A stretch of DNA of 64,000 nucleotides from Eledone cirrhosa (Eukaryota): assembly GCA_964016885.1 (NCBI GenBank), contig OZ024740.1:116994001-117058000 (forward strand), given 5' to 3'. How positions within the stretch are numbered: the first letter of the stretch is position 1; each line of letters begins with the position of its first letter. Below the pieces are notes generated by a model. The model had not been told where the DNA came from, ran no database searches, and saw only the letters and a program-made list of their open reading frames with translations. Position numbers and translations under genes: made by a program. Positions 42,915 through 57,290 of this stretch are shown here, in pieces.

Positions 42915-43093
42915 ATTTTATAAAACATATAAAAGTATTACTGGTTTCCATGTAATTCATCTTATCAAATGTTAAATATTGAAATCAAAATGGAAAAATG
43001 AAATATTAAGTGAACAGCCCTTAATTTTAATATTTAATGTTTGATGAGATGAATTGCATCGAAATCATTAATACTTCCTATATTTTATAAAAC
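42915..43093. mobile_element. Foldback family D with hammerhead-like motif (43041-43070, +)
   Basis: Diverged inverted arms of about 60 bp between (TA)n tracts; right arm TTGATGA-GATG-aattg-CATC-GAAA-tcatTA. Confidence 0.55.
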
Positions 43094-43194
43094 TCTTACA
43101 TATATATATATATATATATACGCAGTGTTTCAGAAACTTAGATATTGTGGTCTGTTCACAAGGTTGTCAATGAAATATATATTATGAGTTACTG

Positions 43195-44664
<1,470 letters not shown>

Positions 44665-44665
<1 letters not shown>

Positions 44666-44857
44666 ACGAAGGAAATGTGGTAAGGAACCAGATGGACCAT
44701 AACGCACCAAAGTACTCAATGCTTAGGGTAGTAGAGTGGGTAATAGGAACGAGTAGGACCCCGACGGCTGAGCTCAAGCCGTTTCGACGGCTAATTCTGG
44801 ACTGAATTAGCCGTCGAAACGGCTTGAGCTCAGCCGTCGGGGTCCTACTCGTTCCTA
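44665..44857. mobile_element. Foldback family A, asymmetric copy in (TA)n
   Basis: Long left arm, loop TGGACT at about 44800, short right arm ending CGTTCC|TATATA. Confidence 0.85.
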
Positions 44858-44889
44858 TATATATATATATGTATACAACCAATACACAC

Positions 44890-44920
<31 letters not shown>

Positions 44921-45339
44921 TATATATATATATATTTACATATATGAGTGTGTATGAGTGTGTGTGGGGGGGGGGGGGCGTTCAATATTATTCTGTATTA
45001 CAGAATATATCTCTAGACTGTGAGATCACACCATATATATTGATATATAGTTATCTCTCCTATCTCTTCCATATTTTTTCGAACAGATAGTGAAGGCTCG
45101 GCCAGACTGGTTTCAAGACTTCATTGAGATTTCACCAATGAATGTGTAACCCCTTTTTCAACTAAGAAATTGTTAATATATCGTTAATATCTACTCTTAC
45201 TAACAGCTTAACGCAGTATTTATTCATCAAAGATGTTGTCAGGAATATAAATATGTATACCCACACATATGTTCAATTATTTTGATTATCACGATTATAT
45301 ATAATGTTAGATATATCTCTTTACGTTCGATGTAATATA

Positions 45340-45372
<33 letters not shown>

Positions 45373-45443
45373 CTGTGTGTGTGTGCGTGTGAGTGTGTGT
45401 GACTCTTTATAATATTCATCGCTCCCTCTCGCTCTCTCCCTCT

Positions 45444-45522
<79 letters not shown>

Positions 45523-45523
45523 C

Positions 45524-45570
<47 letters not shown>

Positions 45571-46809
45571 GATGAAATGAAGCAGGTATATCAATCCTTT
45601 TTTACCAAGTGCATAAAATTTCAATATATTATTCACAGAGCATAATAAATTTAATTTAGCAATTTAACAATTTTTTCTTGATTTGATTAATTATTTAATA
45701 AATATGCAAATCATTATTTATATTTTGCGATTTTATTTCGTTAAATTCAAACGGATGTAGTAATAAATAAAATGTTTTGAATTGTTAACTTTGGTTTTTC
45801 ACCTAAATTATATATATAAATATACATATATACGTATATAATATATATTAATATTTATATATACATACACACACACACACACATATATATATATATGTGT
45901 GTGTGTGTGTCTCTTAATATACATATATATATATACATCTTCATATATATAACATGTGTGTGTTTGTGCGTAAGTGTGTGTAAGTGTGTGTACTCGTGTT
46001 TGTGTTAGTGTGAAGGCCTGTAACTTAATGGTTAGAGAGTTCTATCTATGTTACTAATACACATTATCATTATTGTTTGGACAGGGGAACAGCTGCATAT
46101 GTGGGGGGTGACCAACTCCATACCTTGCAGTATGTAATTTATTTCATATGACTTCTCGAAAGTAATACTTTTTCTGCACATTTTTATTTTGTTTGCGCTT
46201 GTGTTAATACAGAATACAACAACTAAAAAGATTAATATTTTTTCATTATATTTGAATGTGTTAACATTAGATTAAAGAAATAATACCCCCCGTCCCCCCC
46301 AAAAAGCAAACGCATCTGTCGTGAAATAATGTGATATGATAGCAAATGTATATTAGAAAGCATAAATAAGATGTTACTAATCAAAGACCAGTAATATTCA
46401 TCTTAATATTCCATAGTTTAAAAAAAAATTAGAGTGTAGATATTATTTAATACAAGTACGGGGTCGATAAAATAAAGTACCATTCACGTACTGAGGTCGA
46501 TTTTATCGATTTTCACTCCCCCTAAATTGCTGGCCTTGTTCCTAAATCAAAAATCAGTATTTAATGCAAGTAAGACCGGCGGTCAAGCTTAATGCGTTTT
46601 GGTGATTAATCAACCAAACAAAACTGTTTAATCTCGAAATTCGGATTTACATGGTATTAGAAATAATAGAACGTTTAGTAAAAACAAAATATTACATTTA
46701 AACTTTTGTTAGGCTTCTATTTCGCACATCTTAACTATAATAAAGGAAGGTCTGCGGGATTGCGTCCGGAATATATTTTGTGTGTATATATATATATATA
46801 TATTTTTCC

Positions 46810-46850
<41 letters not shown>

Positions 46851-46856
46851 TTTTCC

Positions 46857-46970
<114 letters not shown>

Positions 46971-47885
46971 ATGCTATTGAATCCTCTTGTTCATTTGCTT
47001 ATTGCTTCCTTGAAATATATATATATATATATATATTGGAGCAAGCCTGCCTCCATGTGGCAGATAACTACTAATAATAGTCAACTAATTCCGATAATCT
47101 ACCTCTGGACACGTAAAAGTTGGACAGAATTCAACTAACCAGCCATCTGCACATTGTAGCCATCTTAATAATATTCGAATGAAACTAAATGGAATGGACA
47201 TCCATCGCTTTCGAAGATGAATGTTCCTGTTGCTCCAACGTGTAAGTGGCTGAACATTCCTGTCACGGGGACTGCTAGTATAATTCTCAAGGAGATTGGC
47301 GTGGCACATTCTCTCAGAAGGCTCGTTCTTTGAGTTACAGGTACAGTCCATCCGACAGGATTTCAAACGTTTCCGTCCAGCCAATTTCACCCACAGAGCA
47401 AGGGTTGAGCCGAGGCTTGGGTAAATGACATTTTCCCAAGTAGCCACGCAATGGTCCTAATGATTACGTCTTAATTATTCGGTTATGCTGTGGGCATCGT
47501 TGAAACGACGCAACAATATTCATATAGATTCCTACATCATACACTAATTGGGACACGGGAATATCAATCAAACATTGTTCTGTGCAATGGTCTCAGTATA
47601 CGAGTATATACATCGTCTATATTTTTATGCACACATATATACAGTATATGTAATATATATATAATATATACGTAATCAGGCGTCCATGAATTTTTACCAC
47701 ACTTAGGCTTTACGGCCACTATTAATCACCTGACAAATCCGCCACGAATAGGATCATTATAATTCTGGTGATAGGGCTATAAATAAAGCAAAGAGAACTA
47801 ATAACGAATTGTGAAAAATCATTAATAAAATGATAAAACCGAAGCACAGTAATGTTTCCAATATAAGATATTTAAAGGAAAACAG

Positions 47886-47935
<50 letters not shown>

Positions 47936-48019
47936 GTTATTCCGGGTTGAATCGGAGGTAACCACAGTAAGTAAGGTACTCAATACATAGCAGAGTATAA
48001 CAGTTTTAATATAGATGAG

Positions 48020-48066
48020 ATTCTACAGGACTAGAACTGTTTCATTCATTAGAAATCATCAGGAAT
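48020..48066 (-). ncRNA. Type I hammerhead ribozyme (mirror copy)
   Basis: Exact reverse complement of 48081-48127. Confidence 0.7.
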
Positions 48067-48080
48067 ATGACCATGGTCTT

Positions 48081-48127
48081 ATTCCTGATGATTTCTAATG
48101 AATGAAACAGTTCTAGTCCTGTAGAAT
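48081..48127 (+). ncRNA. Type I hammerhead ribozyme
   Basis: Stem I ATTC/GAAT; CTGATGA at 48085-48091; stem II TTC-taat-GAA (T/T mismatch at its base); GAAA at 48104-48107; stem III ACAG/CTGT with loop TTCTAGTC; predicted cleavage after GUA at 48123. Confidence 0.7.
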
Positions 48128-48141
48128 CTCATCTATATTAA

Positions 48142-48199
<58 letters not shown>

Positions 48200-48225
48200 G
48201 CGTGTGAGGTGAGTGTATATGTATT

Positions 48226-48278
<53 letters not shown>

Positions 48279-48304
48279 GCGTGTGAGGTGAGTGTATATG
48301 TATT

Positions 48305-48363
<59 letters not shown>

Positions 48364-48642
48364 TTGTATACATATATATATATATACATTTGTATATATA
48401 TATATTTATTATAAACACATATACACACACCTCACGCGCGCGTGTATATATATATATATGTGTGTGTGTATATAATATATATAGATGTATGTATATATAC
48501 ATATATATGAATATATATTTATATATATATACATACATATTCTAGTGCAAATGGTACCTCTTAATCAATCGATCAATCAATATACTTGGCATAGCAATAA
48601 AGTATACTCTATATATATGTATTTGTGCATATATGTATATTA

Positions 48643-48701
<59 letters not shown>

Positions 48702-48832
48702 GTGAGGTTTTTTTTACAAATTGAAAAATAACCGAGGTGTCCTACACGAGTGAAAGTATAAAGAAAAAGAGATGAAATCGAAAATGCAACTGGAGTCTTA
48801 TTTAAAAAAAAAATATATATATTTATTTGGTT

Positions 48833-48870
48833 CCTTTACCGGTTTCGCAGTTCTTCTGCTTTTCAAAAGG
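48833..48870 (-). ncRNA. Minimal hammerhead ribozyme, U3-A8 core variant (mirror copy)
   Basis: Reverse complement of 49450-49487. Confidence 0.65.
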
Positions 48871-49449
48871 TGAGTTGAGATGGAGGGTCTGTGGTTTTCT
48901 CACATCTGGTTGGTCTCTGAATGTTACTTGTTTTATATGGAAAAAGTGGCTCGAAATGCCATGTTTTTCGAGAAGTAATTTGATTGGTTTGTCAATAATT
49001 ATAATAAATTTCGCGCCAGTTCGCGTTACAATAGTTCTTCAAATAAGAGGGGGGGGGTTGTCACAGGTTGTTTTTTCATATATGAGTGTGTTTGAATTTC
49101 TTTTTACTTGAAAAAAGGGGCTCACGAAGGCTTTTTTGGGGTTGGTTATAAATGAAATTATGGCTGTCACGAGAACAAGTTTTCATTAAATTTTCGTGCC
49201 CTTATTTGGAAATCCATTCTGTAGCCTTTTTAGAGAATTTTATGATAAGTGAAAGATAATGGAGATAATGGAGATAATGAAGAACTATTGTAACGCGAAC
49301 TGGCGCGAAATTTATTATAATTATTGACAAACCAATCAAATTACTTCTCGAAAAACCTGGCATTTCGAGCCACTTTTTCCATATAAAACAAGTAACATTC
49401 AGAGACCAACCAGATGTGAGAAAAACCACAGACCCTCCATCTCAACTCA

Positions 49450-49487
49450 CCTTTTGAAAAGCAGAAGAACTGCGAAACCGGTAAAGG
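49450..49487 (+). ncRNA. Minimal hammerhead ribozyme, U3-A8 core variant
   Basis: CCTT-TTGAAAA-GCAG-aagaa-CTGC-GAAA-CCG-GTA-AAGG: stems I and II perfect, palindromic ACCGGT at stem III, GUA site at 49481-49483. Confidence 0.65.
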
Positions 49488-49556
49488 AACCAAATAAATA
49501 TATATATTTAAAAAAAAAATAAGACTCCAGTTGCATTTTCGATTTCATCTCTTTTT

Positions 49557-49619
<63 letters not shown>

Positions 49620-49674
49620 TACATGTATATATATATTTATTTACATATACACATATGTATATCTTATATATATT

Positions 49675-49742
<68 letters not shown>

Positions 49743-50020
49743 AGAGAAGTTGATTGGTATCGGTACTTCAATGGTAATATATTTCTCTACTCCGAAAGAG
49801 TGACCGGGAGAGTTTTTCAATGCGGGATTTGAACTCACACACATCGTCAGAATTACAAAATATAGAATAATATGAGGGTTTATATTCATATATATTTTGT
49901 TGTTGCAAATGTAGTAATTATATTAATATTTCAAATGAGGCAATTATTTTGAATTGCATACGTACAATATCTATCTATCTATCTACCTATCTATCTATCT
50001 ATATCTATATTTATCTCTCT

Positions 50021-50106
<86 letters not shown>

Positions 50107-50226
50107 CTATAAATATATATATATATATATACGAACACATATAAAACATAATGTATATATTATATCATATATACATATATAAGAATTTATTTGTTAATAT
50201 AGACCCATACACACACAAACACGCAT

Positions 50227-50308
<82 letters not shown>

Positions 50309-50411
50309 TACATGGGGAGCATCTGACTGAATATTTTATATATATATGACCCAATTTTATATAACTTTAAAGATATGTTATTTTATTAACGAGTGAATGT
50401 ATAAAAGTGTT

Positions 50412-50463
<52 letters not shown>

Positions 50464-50904
50464 AAGATTTATACGTATATATACTTATAAATATATATAA
50501 ATACATCTTTAGACCTATACATATCCACACACGTGTCAGCACACATAAATATATATACATATGCTTACTTCTAAAATGTGGCTATGTATATCATGTAATA
50601 TTGTATTATAATGTATTCTAACATATTTATATTCCATTATGTTACGTTATATGGAGTTACATTTCATTATAAGCTTTTTTATATTATACAGTAAGATATA
50701 TTATCCTATATTATACTAAATTATATTATATTATATTATATTAAATTATATTATATATATTATATTATATTATATTATATTATATTACATAATCTAATAT
50801 ATTATTACTTATATATGCCTGTGAGCGTAGGTGGATTCATATAATTATATATATTGATCATTGATCCGTACATATATATCTAGATGTATCATTCTCACTC
50901 CAAC

Positions 50905-50977
<73 letters not shown>

Positions 50978-50980
<3 letters not shown>

Positions 50981-51136
50981 AAAAAGTATGACCCCGATTT
51001 CCAGAAATAGCCGTCGAAACGGCTTGAGCTCTGCCGTCGGGGTCATACTTTTTCCTATTACCCACTCTACTACCCTAAGTATTGAGTACTCTGGTGCGTT
51101 ATGGTCCATCTGGTTCCGTACCTCAATTCCTTCGTT
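50978..51136 (+). mobile_element. Foldback family A, long right arm with a very short inverted left arm
   Basis: TATA|GGAAAAAGTATGACCCCGA is the inverse of TCGGGGTCATACTTTTTCCTAT; (TA)n flanks. Confidence 0.85.
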
Positions 51137-51196
51137 ATATATATATATATATATATATATGATAATAATGGAGCTGCGGCGCTGCAAATGGGTTAC

Positions 51197-51317
51197 ATAT
51201 GAAAAAGTTTGTCCTCATCAGTGGCCTTCCAACCGTCGTAGGCATTTCGTCGCATTAAATGCGACGAAATGCCTACGACGGTTGGAAGGCCACTGATGAG
51301 GACAAATTTTTTCATAT
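51197..51317. repeat. GC-richer 121-bp palindrome (family F) containing CTGATGA and CGAAA
   Basis: 60-bp arms with 1 mismatch, centre 51257; right end runs into (TA)n. Confidence 0.85.
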
Positions 51318-53624
51318 ATATATATGTATATATATATTTATACATATATATAGTTTATTTTATCAACTTCAATTATGACCATAACCCTGACTGACAACTA
51401 TTTAGAATGGTATTTTTCATCTTATCGACCCAAATGTTACGTCACTCGTAAACGTATTTCATCAACCTGTACCTCTTGGACCTTGGAGCGCTAACCTACG
51501 TGACACAAAATTTGTTTTCCATTGTGTAAATGTTAACACACACATGTAGTTAAATACATATATACACATACAATACATATAAACACACTTATGTAGCTAT
51601 GCTATATAAAAAAGTACACTGCGTTTGAGTTTATTATAATAGAAACAAACGAGTTAAAATGTATTATTTCGATGCTACTACTCTTCCATGCATTATTCCA
51701 CAATGAAGCTAGAGTTTTTTGCATAACTAAGACACTATATTTTATATAGCTCCAGTCCACTCAGCTGGAAAACAATACTTGCGATTACACTAGGTTGCAA
51801 TGGCCTCTGCCTTTCCGTTGGGCAACATTGGTGGCGTGGAAAAGGGAGACTTGTAAGCATGAGCAACTACAGGTTTTACATAAAACACCTAAAATATTTG
51901 TGGCTTGGAGTGGACCATTCAGGGCCAAACACATCAACAGTCGTGATAGCACAATACAAAGCAATTCAACACTCACATACAGATTATGTTAAATATAGAT
52001 GAAATGACACAGGCGCTAACTGATAACAATTTAAAATTCGGTGATGTTACATCATAATTTACATAATACATGTTACTTATAACAAGACTCGGCCATGAAA
52101 ATGAGGTCAAGATACTGTTGGAATATTAATGGACACAGAGATATTAATGTTCAAAACTACACGTGAAGGATCCATTAGTAAAAATGGGGTAATCGTTTAT
52201 AAAAAATTAAAATAAACTCTAACACCTTCCACCTTCATGTCATCAATGTAGATATATAAATACACAGACAAAAATGTATCCGCATGTACACACACACACA
52301 CACACTCACACATATATTAGGTAATCCTAAATATATATATATATAACCGGAATATATATATATATATATAACCGGAATATATATATATATATATATAACC
52401 GGAATATATATATATATATATAACGGGAAACAAATCAGACTTGTTAGAAGTTGGGTTAAATGTCTCGGTATTTGTTCTGGTTCTCTGCGCTCTGATTTCA
52501 AATCCTATCGAGTTTAACTTTACTTTTCAACTTTTCCTGGTCGATAAATAATATACCGGTGAACGGGCGGTGGACTGGCGGAATTGACAAATAGTAGGAC
52601 ATGAAACTTTGTGGTAACTGATTCGGCTCAAGCGTTCTGAGTTATGAGTTCAAACTACATCTCCATCTGGCTGCAGTTGCGAGCAACAGATATAAAATAT
52701 TAAAAGGCCAATGAAAAATATAGTTGTTTCCTTGTTCAGATGAGAAGATCAACTCCCTTTACCTTTTGTATGTTTAGGCAAGATTTCAATCTCCAATTGA
52801 TCGAATTTCTGAGTAAATTGGAGAACTTAAGCGGAAAAGGCAAAGGAACACAACCGGCATCGTCACATATTCACAAACAATTCTACCAAATATACTGACG
52901 TGTGCAGCTACTTTCATCACCGAACCCAGACGAATGAGGGGTAAATGTGACTAAGGATTTCTGTGCAGAAAGCAAAGAGCCATAACATATTCTATTTGAC
53001 GTGGTAACGAATTCAAAAAGCATTATGTATGCATGCATATGTGCATATATGTATGTATGTATGTTTACTTGTGTGTGTGTATTTGTACATATTTAAACAT
53101 GTACATACATATATATTCTCTATATATGCTATGTACATATTGTATGCATATTATATACACATATACATTATATATACACTCCTATTATGAACCACAACAT
53201 ATTAGTGCTACTGCTTATATATATATATTGGTTAATATATATATATATATATTGGTACTGCTAATATATATACATTGTGGTTCATAATATGAGTGGATAT
53301 GAATGTATATTCATAGGTTTATTTTTATAAACACACCAGAATCTTCCTATGAATATTGTAAGCTTTGATTATTCAACATCTATTACAATAGCGCTATGTG
53401 AATGTCAATCGCATGTTTCTAGATTTTTATTTGTAATCGTTGACATTTACTCACTCGCTACGGGTACAAATATAAGCGTATAACTTATATGCTTTGTTGC
53501 GTCTGAAACATTAGCTGGGGATGCATATAGTACGAATAAAACATCGGCTGGAGATGTTCATTTGCAAGTAGTCAGGACTTGACCGGCTAGAATTAAATGG
53601 CAGTAGCACTAACATAGCATGGTT

Positions 53625-53755
53625 AATAATTGTTTCTACTTTTGGCACAAAGCCAGCAATTATCCCAGTGCATTGCTTGTGCTTTATTTTATTGACTCCG
53701 TAACTCTATGCTGCAAATCATGGCACCCGACCCTCTACCGATAGTGCCAATCTGT
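53625..53755 (-). mobile_element. S1 SINE with internal deletion
   Basis: Tail and head present; segment between two CCGTAA-like sites missing. Confidence 0.7.
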
Positions 53756-54314
53756 CAATAATAGTGATGTATATGAAGGCACTATAGAGGATAATCTGAA
53801 TCTCCCCATTTACATTTACAGTCTGTATTTTATTAATAAAAAGAATCATTTCTCTCCTGCCATGTGTCTCATCAATATAAAGCATAGAGTGAAGCTTTAA
53901 ATATTGTTATGTATTCTGTATTGCTCCTTTTTTGCTTTCTTCTCTAAATGCCCAGTTCAATATTCAGCGATGTGATCAGTCAGTTCATATATACTATTTA
54001 TATTATTGGTGAATTTGAATAAAGGGTATGGAAATAAAAATAGAAAATGAAATGAAATAAAGAAGTAAGCAATGAAACCTTTATCAAGTAATCTAGAATC
54101 ATTCCTCAGAGCAGTTTATGAAATTGGTGAAATTTTACTTGACAAAGATAAAGTCAACGGCTTTTGTGCAGTAGCATTATTTTACCATGTAACCAGGTTT
54201 CACCTCCAAACAACACCCAAGGTTTTATTTAGTCAGAAATAATGACGAACGTCTTCGTATTTTTATTTCTGATTAAGTAAAATGTCTGATTTTTTTCTTC
54301 CCTATTACTAATTC

Positions 54315-54581
54315 TTTGTATCATTCACATGTCATGTCATTTCCTTCTGTTTAGTAGAATAATTCATTTTCGGTTTTGGGGCTTGAAGTAATTATCCATT
54401 GTTCAATGTTACGCCCAGGGTGAATGTTCTAATCAAGTTAAAGTTTAGTATTGTGAATTGTATTTATGAATAATATTTACTTTTACCCCTCCTAGAAAAA
54501 AGAAGAGTAAAACAAGATAAATATTTTATGAGATAGAAGGAATAGAAGAGGGGAAATGACATGACATGTGAATGATACAAA
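54315..54581. repeat. Perfect 30-bp inverted repeat with a spacer of about 207 bp
   Basis: TTTGTATCATTCACATGTCATGTCATTTCC (54315-54344) and its exact complement (54552-54581). Confidence 0.75.
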
Positions 54582-55659
54582 CCACATCGCGTACTAGAAT
54601 AAGTAAATATCAATCTTGACTTTATAACTACATATAATTTATAACTACATACGTTGATTTCGGTATGTATATCTTAATAAAATACTATACAGAAGTAATT
54701 ATTTGATTATGCTATGAAAAAGTCGTTGATACTTTTTTTATATATTACGATCGGATCTATTTGAGTGCTTTGATGTGATATCTCAATATATAATCATAGA
54801 CTATAATATATAAATATTTTTAGAAAAACGTGGGCATTCTTAAACGCATGTGCTTTGTATGTGAAATTAAGCTGCTGCCAAGCCCTGTTGGCAGTGATGT
54901 TGTTTAGCTCTGAAGTGAGACTTGATTAAATAGATCAAAGGTTCTCCAGCCGTTATCATCCAATGTTGTTTTCAGAAATAGTGTTATTATTTCAGGTAAT
55001 GTTGGTTGATATTTCTAGCAGATAAAATAATCATGCAGATTCTGTATCATTAACAGATAATCACAATATAGTTTTTCAACTCGGACTATAGGCATTTTGT
55101 GAAGGTGTGTGGTTTAGTGTTCAACTCACGACTTAAGGTCGTAAGTTCGATTCCCTGCGGGATGTTGTGTCCTTGTTCTAGTTTACTAACCTGGCAAAAA
55201 TGAGTTGTACCTCTTATTTAAAAGGCCCTCTTTTTACACACTGTTTCATGCTGGATCTCCTCGGCAAGTACACTAAGAGTACTTGTAACTGTGGAATTCT
55301 CAGTCACTTGCACGTTGATATTACGAGCAGGCTGTACCGTTCTTCGCACAACTGGAACATTCATCGTCAGAAACGACGGTGATCTAACATACATACACAC
55401 AAAAATATATATACATTCATTTTATTTCACACATATCTCATAATAGACCCGAGAAAACCAATAAACACATTGAATTCTATTTTCCTTCCTCTATAAATCT
55501 ACGGCGTCGTGTTTAAATCGTAAGAAAACAATATTTATTAGAATATTCTTTTCTGTCAAGAAGTATATTAAACATTAATAATTTCACTCTGCATGATCTG
55601 TTGAGTAAATATTTTTGTGTTCTCAAAACTTTCAAGGAAAAACTGTGAGAAAAATATAT

Positions 55660-56036
55660 GGTAAATACAACAATAATAAAAACGGCAATAAATCTACTAG
55701 CAGAGACCAGTAAATACAACAGTTTTAACAGTAGTGCCAATTATACTGAGGAGCAGAATGTGTTATTGGTAATACAATAACAGTAAAGAAAATATAAGAA
55801 TGCCAACAGCAAATACTACAATAAAGAAAATATAAATATATCAGCCAGCAGCAAATACAAGACACAGAATGAATCTCTACATAGTTACTTGATCGGCTAC
55901 AAATAATAGCATACAATCTCTCAAATCACACCTTCAATCAATCCTTAAAAAAGACCCATTTTATAATGTAATACTAGATACACTTTATCTGACAAACAAA
56001 CAAACAAACAAACAAACAAGGGAGAGAGAGAGAGGG

Positions 56037-56119
<83 letters not shown>

Positions 56120-57290
56120 TTGGAGTATCACGACTAGGATACATTTCGAGACTAAGTCTGCTTGATCAGAGCTAATCAGGGGGCTAAACAACTACAACAA
56201 CATCAACAACAACAATGAAAAGGCGCAAGAAATATAAAGAAATAGCAGCAACAATAATACTATCAAACATAAGTACCAACAACAAGATCAACAACAACTA
56301 CAACTGATAGAAGACCGTTTGCGTTTGAAACAACAATAGCACTTAATTCAAGAAACATGGCAAATGGTAAAGATAATAAAGAAAAACAACTGCAACTACA
56401 ACGATAACGATTACAATAATAATAACAAACACTAATGCAACAATAACAAACAGAATTACAACCATAATGTCTATTACAATAACTACAAAGTAAATAATTG
56501 ATATTGAACTAACAATAATTGTGTCTTATATATACTACGTAGGGTAGTATCGTAACAACATGACGAGCTAATGATGTATATCTTATATAAATCTTTAATC
56601 TGACAGAAATAGCAGCACAATAAACCTCAAATCATACCCTACCGTCTTAAAAATGGAGGATTACATTGGATAATGTAGTACTTGATACATGTTCTGGAAA
56701 GAAAATGATTTGATGGTCACGACTGGAATGAATTTGAACATAGATTTGATTGATAAGGGCTCAGTCGTGGTTTAAGAACAAAAGCCATAACAAAAACTAT
56801 AACAAATACTCAAACTGCAACAAGGAGCCAAGGGAGATTTTTTTTACATGGTCGTATGACCTGCTAGAAATAACAGTCAAATTGCCTTAAAATCATAACT
56901 TAGCATCGTAAAAAAAAGACAAATTCCGTAATGTGATGCAGAGTTAACTATATCACAAAAATAATAAAACAAAATAAAAAACATGGTTGGAATATCTTTG
57001 ATCATACATCTGCTTGTGAGACTGACCTCCATCTAAACGTCAATAATAATTTCAACAACAGCTACAACAACAAGTACAATAACGAAAAGAATTAGGCAAT
57101 CAACAACACCTAATAAATAATACCAGTTGCAATAACAATGACAACAATTACATATGCCATAACATAACAACATTGACTATAACATAAACATTAGGTATAA
57201 TAATCACAACAGTATTAGCAGCAAATATTATTAGCAGCAACTTCAAATAAAATAACAGTAGCAAAGTACAATAGTAGTTCTGTTACAACA
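55660..57290. repeat. Degenerate (CAA/TAA)-rich low-complexity region interleaved with R2 copies and (GA)n
   Basis: Strong A/C strand bias with decayed AAC/AAT triplets. Confidence 0.6.

Larger units (their letters stand above)
47935..48145. mobile_element. Foldback family B in (TA)n with two divergent hammerheads
   Basis: Palindrome 48002-48145 centred on 48073/48074 (1 mismatch) plus an unpaired tail 47935-48001; (TA)n on both sides. Confidence 0.85.
48694..49563 (-). mobile_element. Foldback family C: 5'-truncated Penelope-like copy with inverted terminal segment
   Basis: Arms 48757-49041 and 49278-49563 (about 285 bp, nearly identical) around a 236-bp spacer; (TA)n on both sides; HHR motif in each arm. 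Confidence 0.8.
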
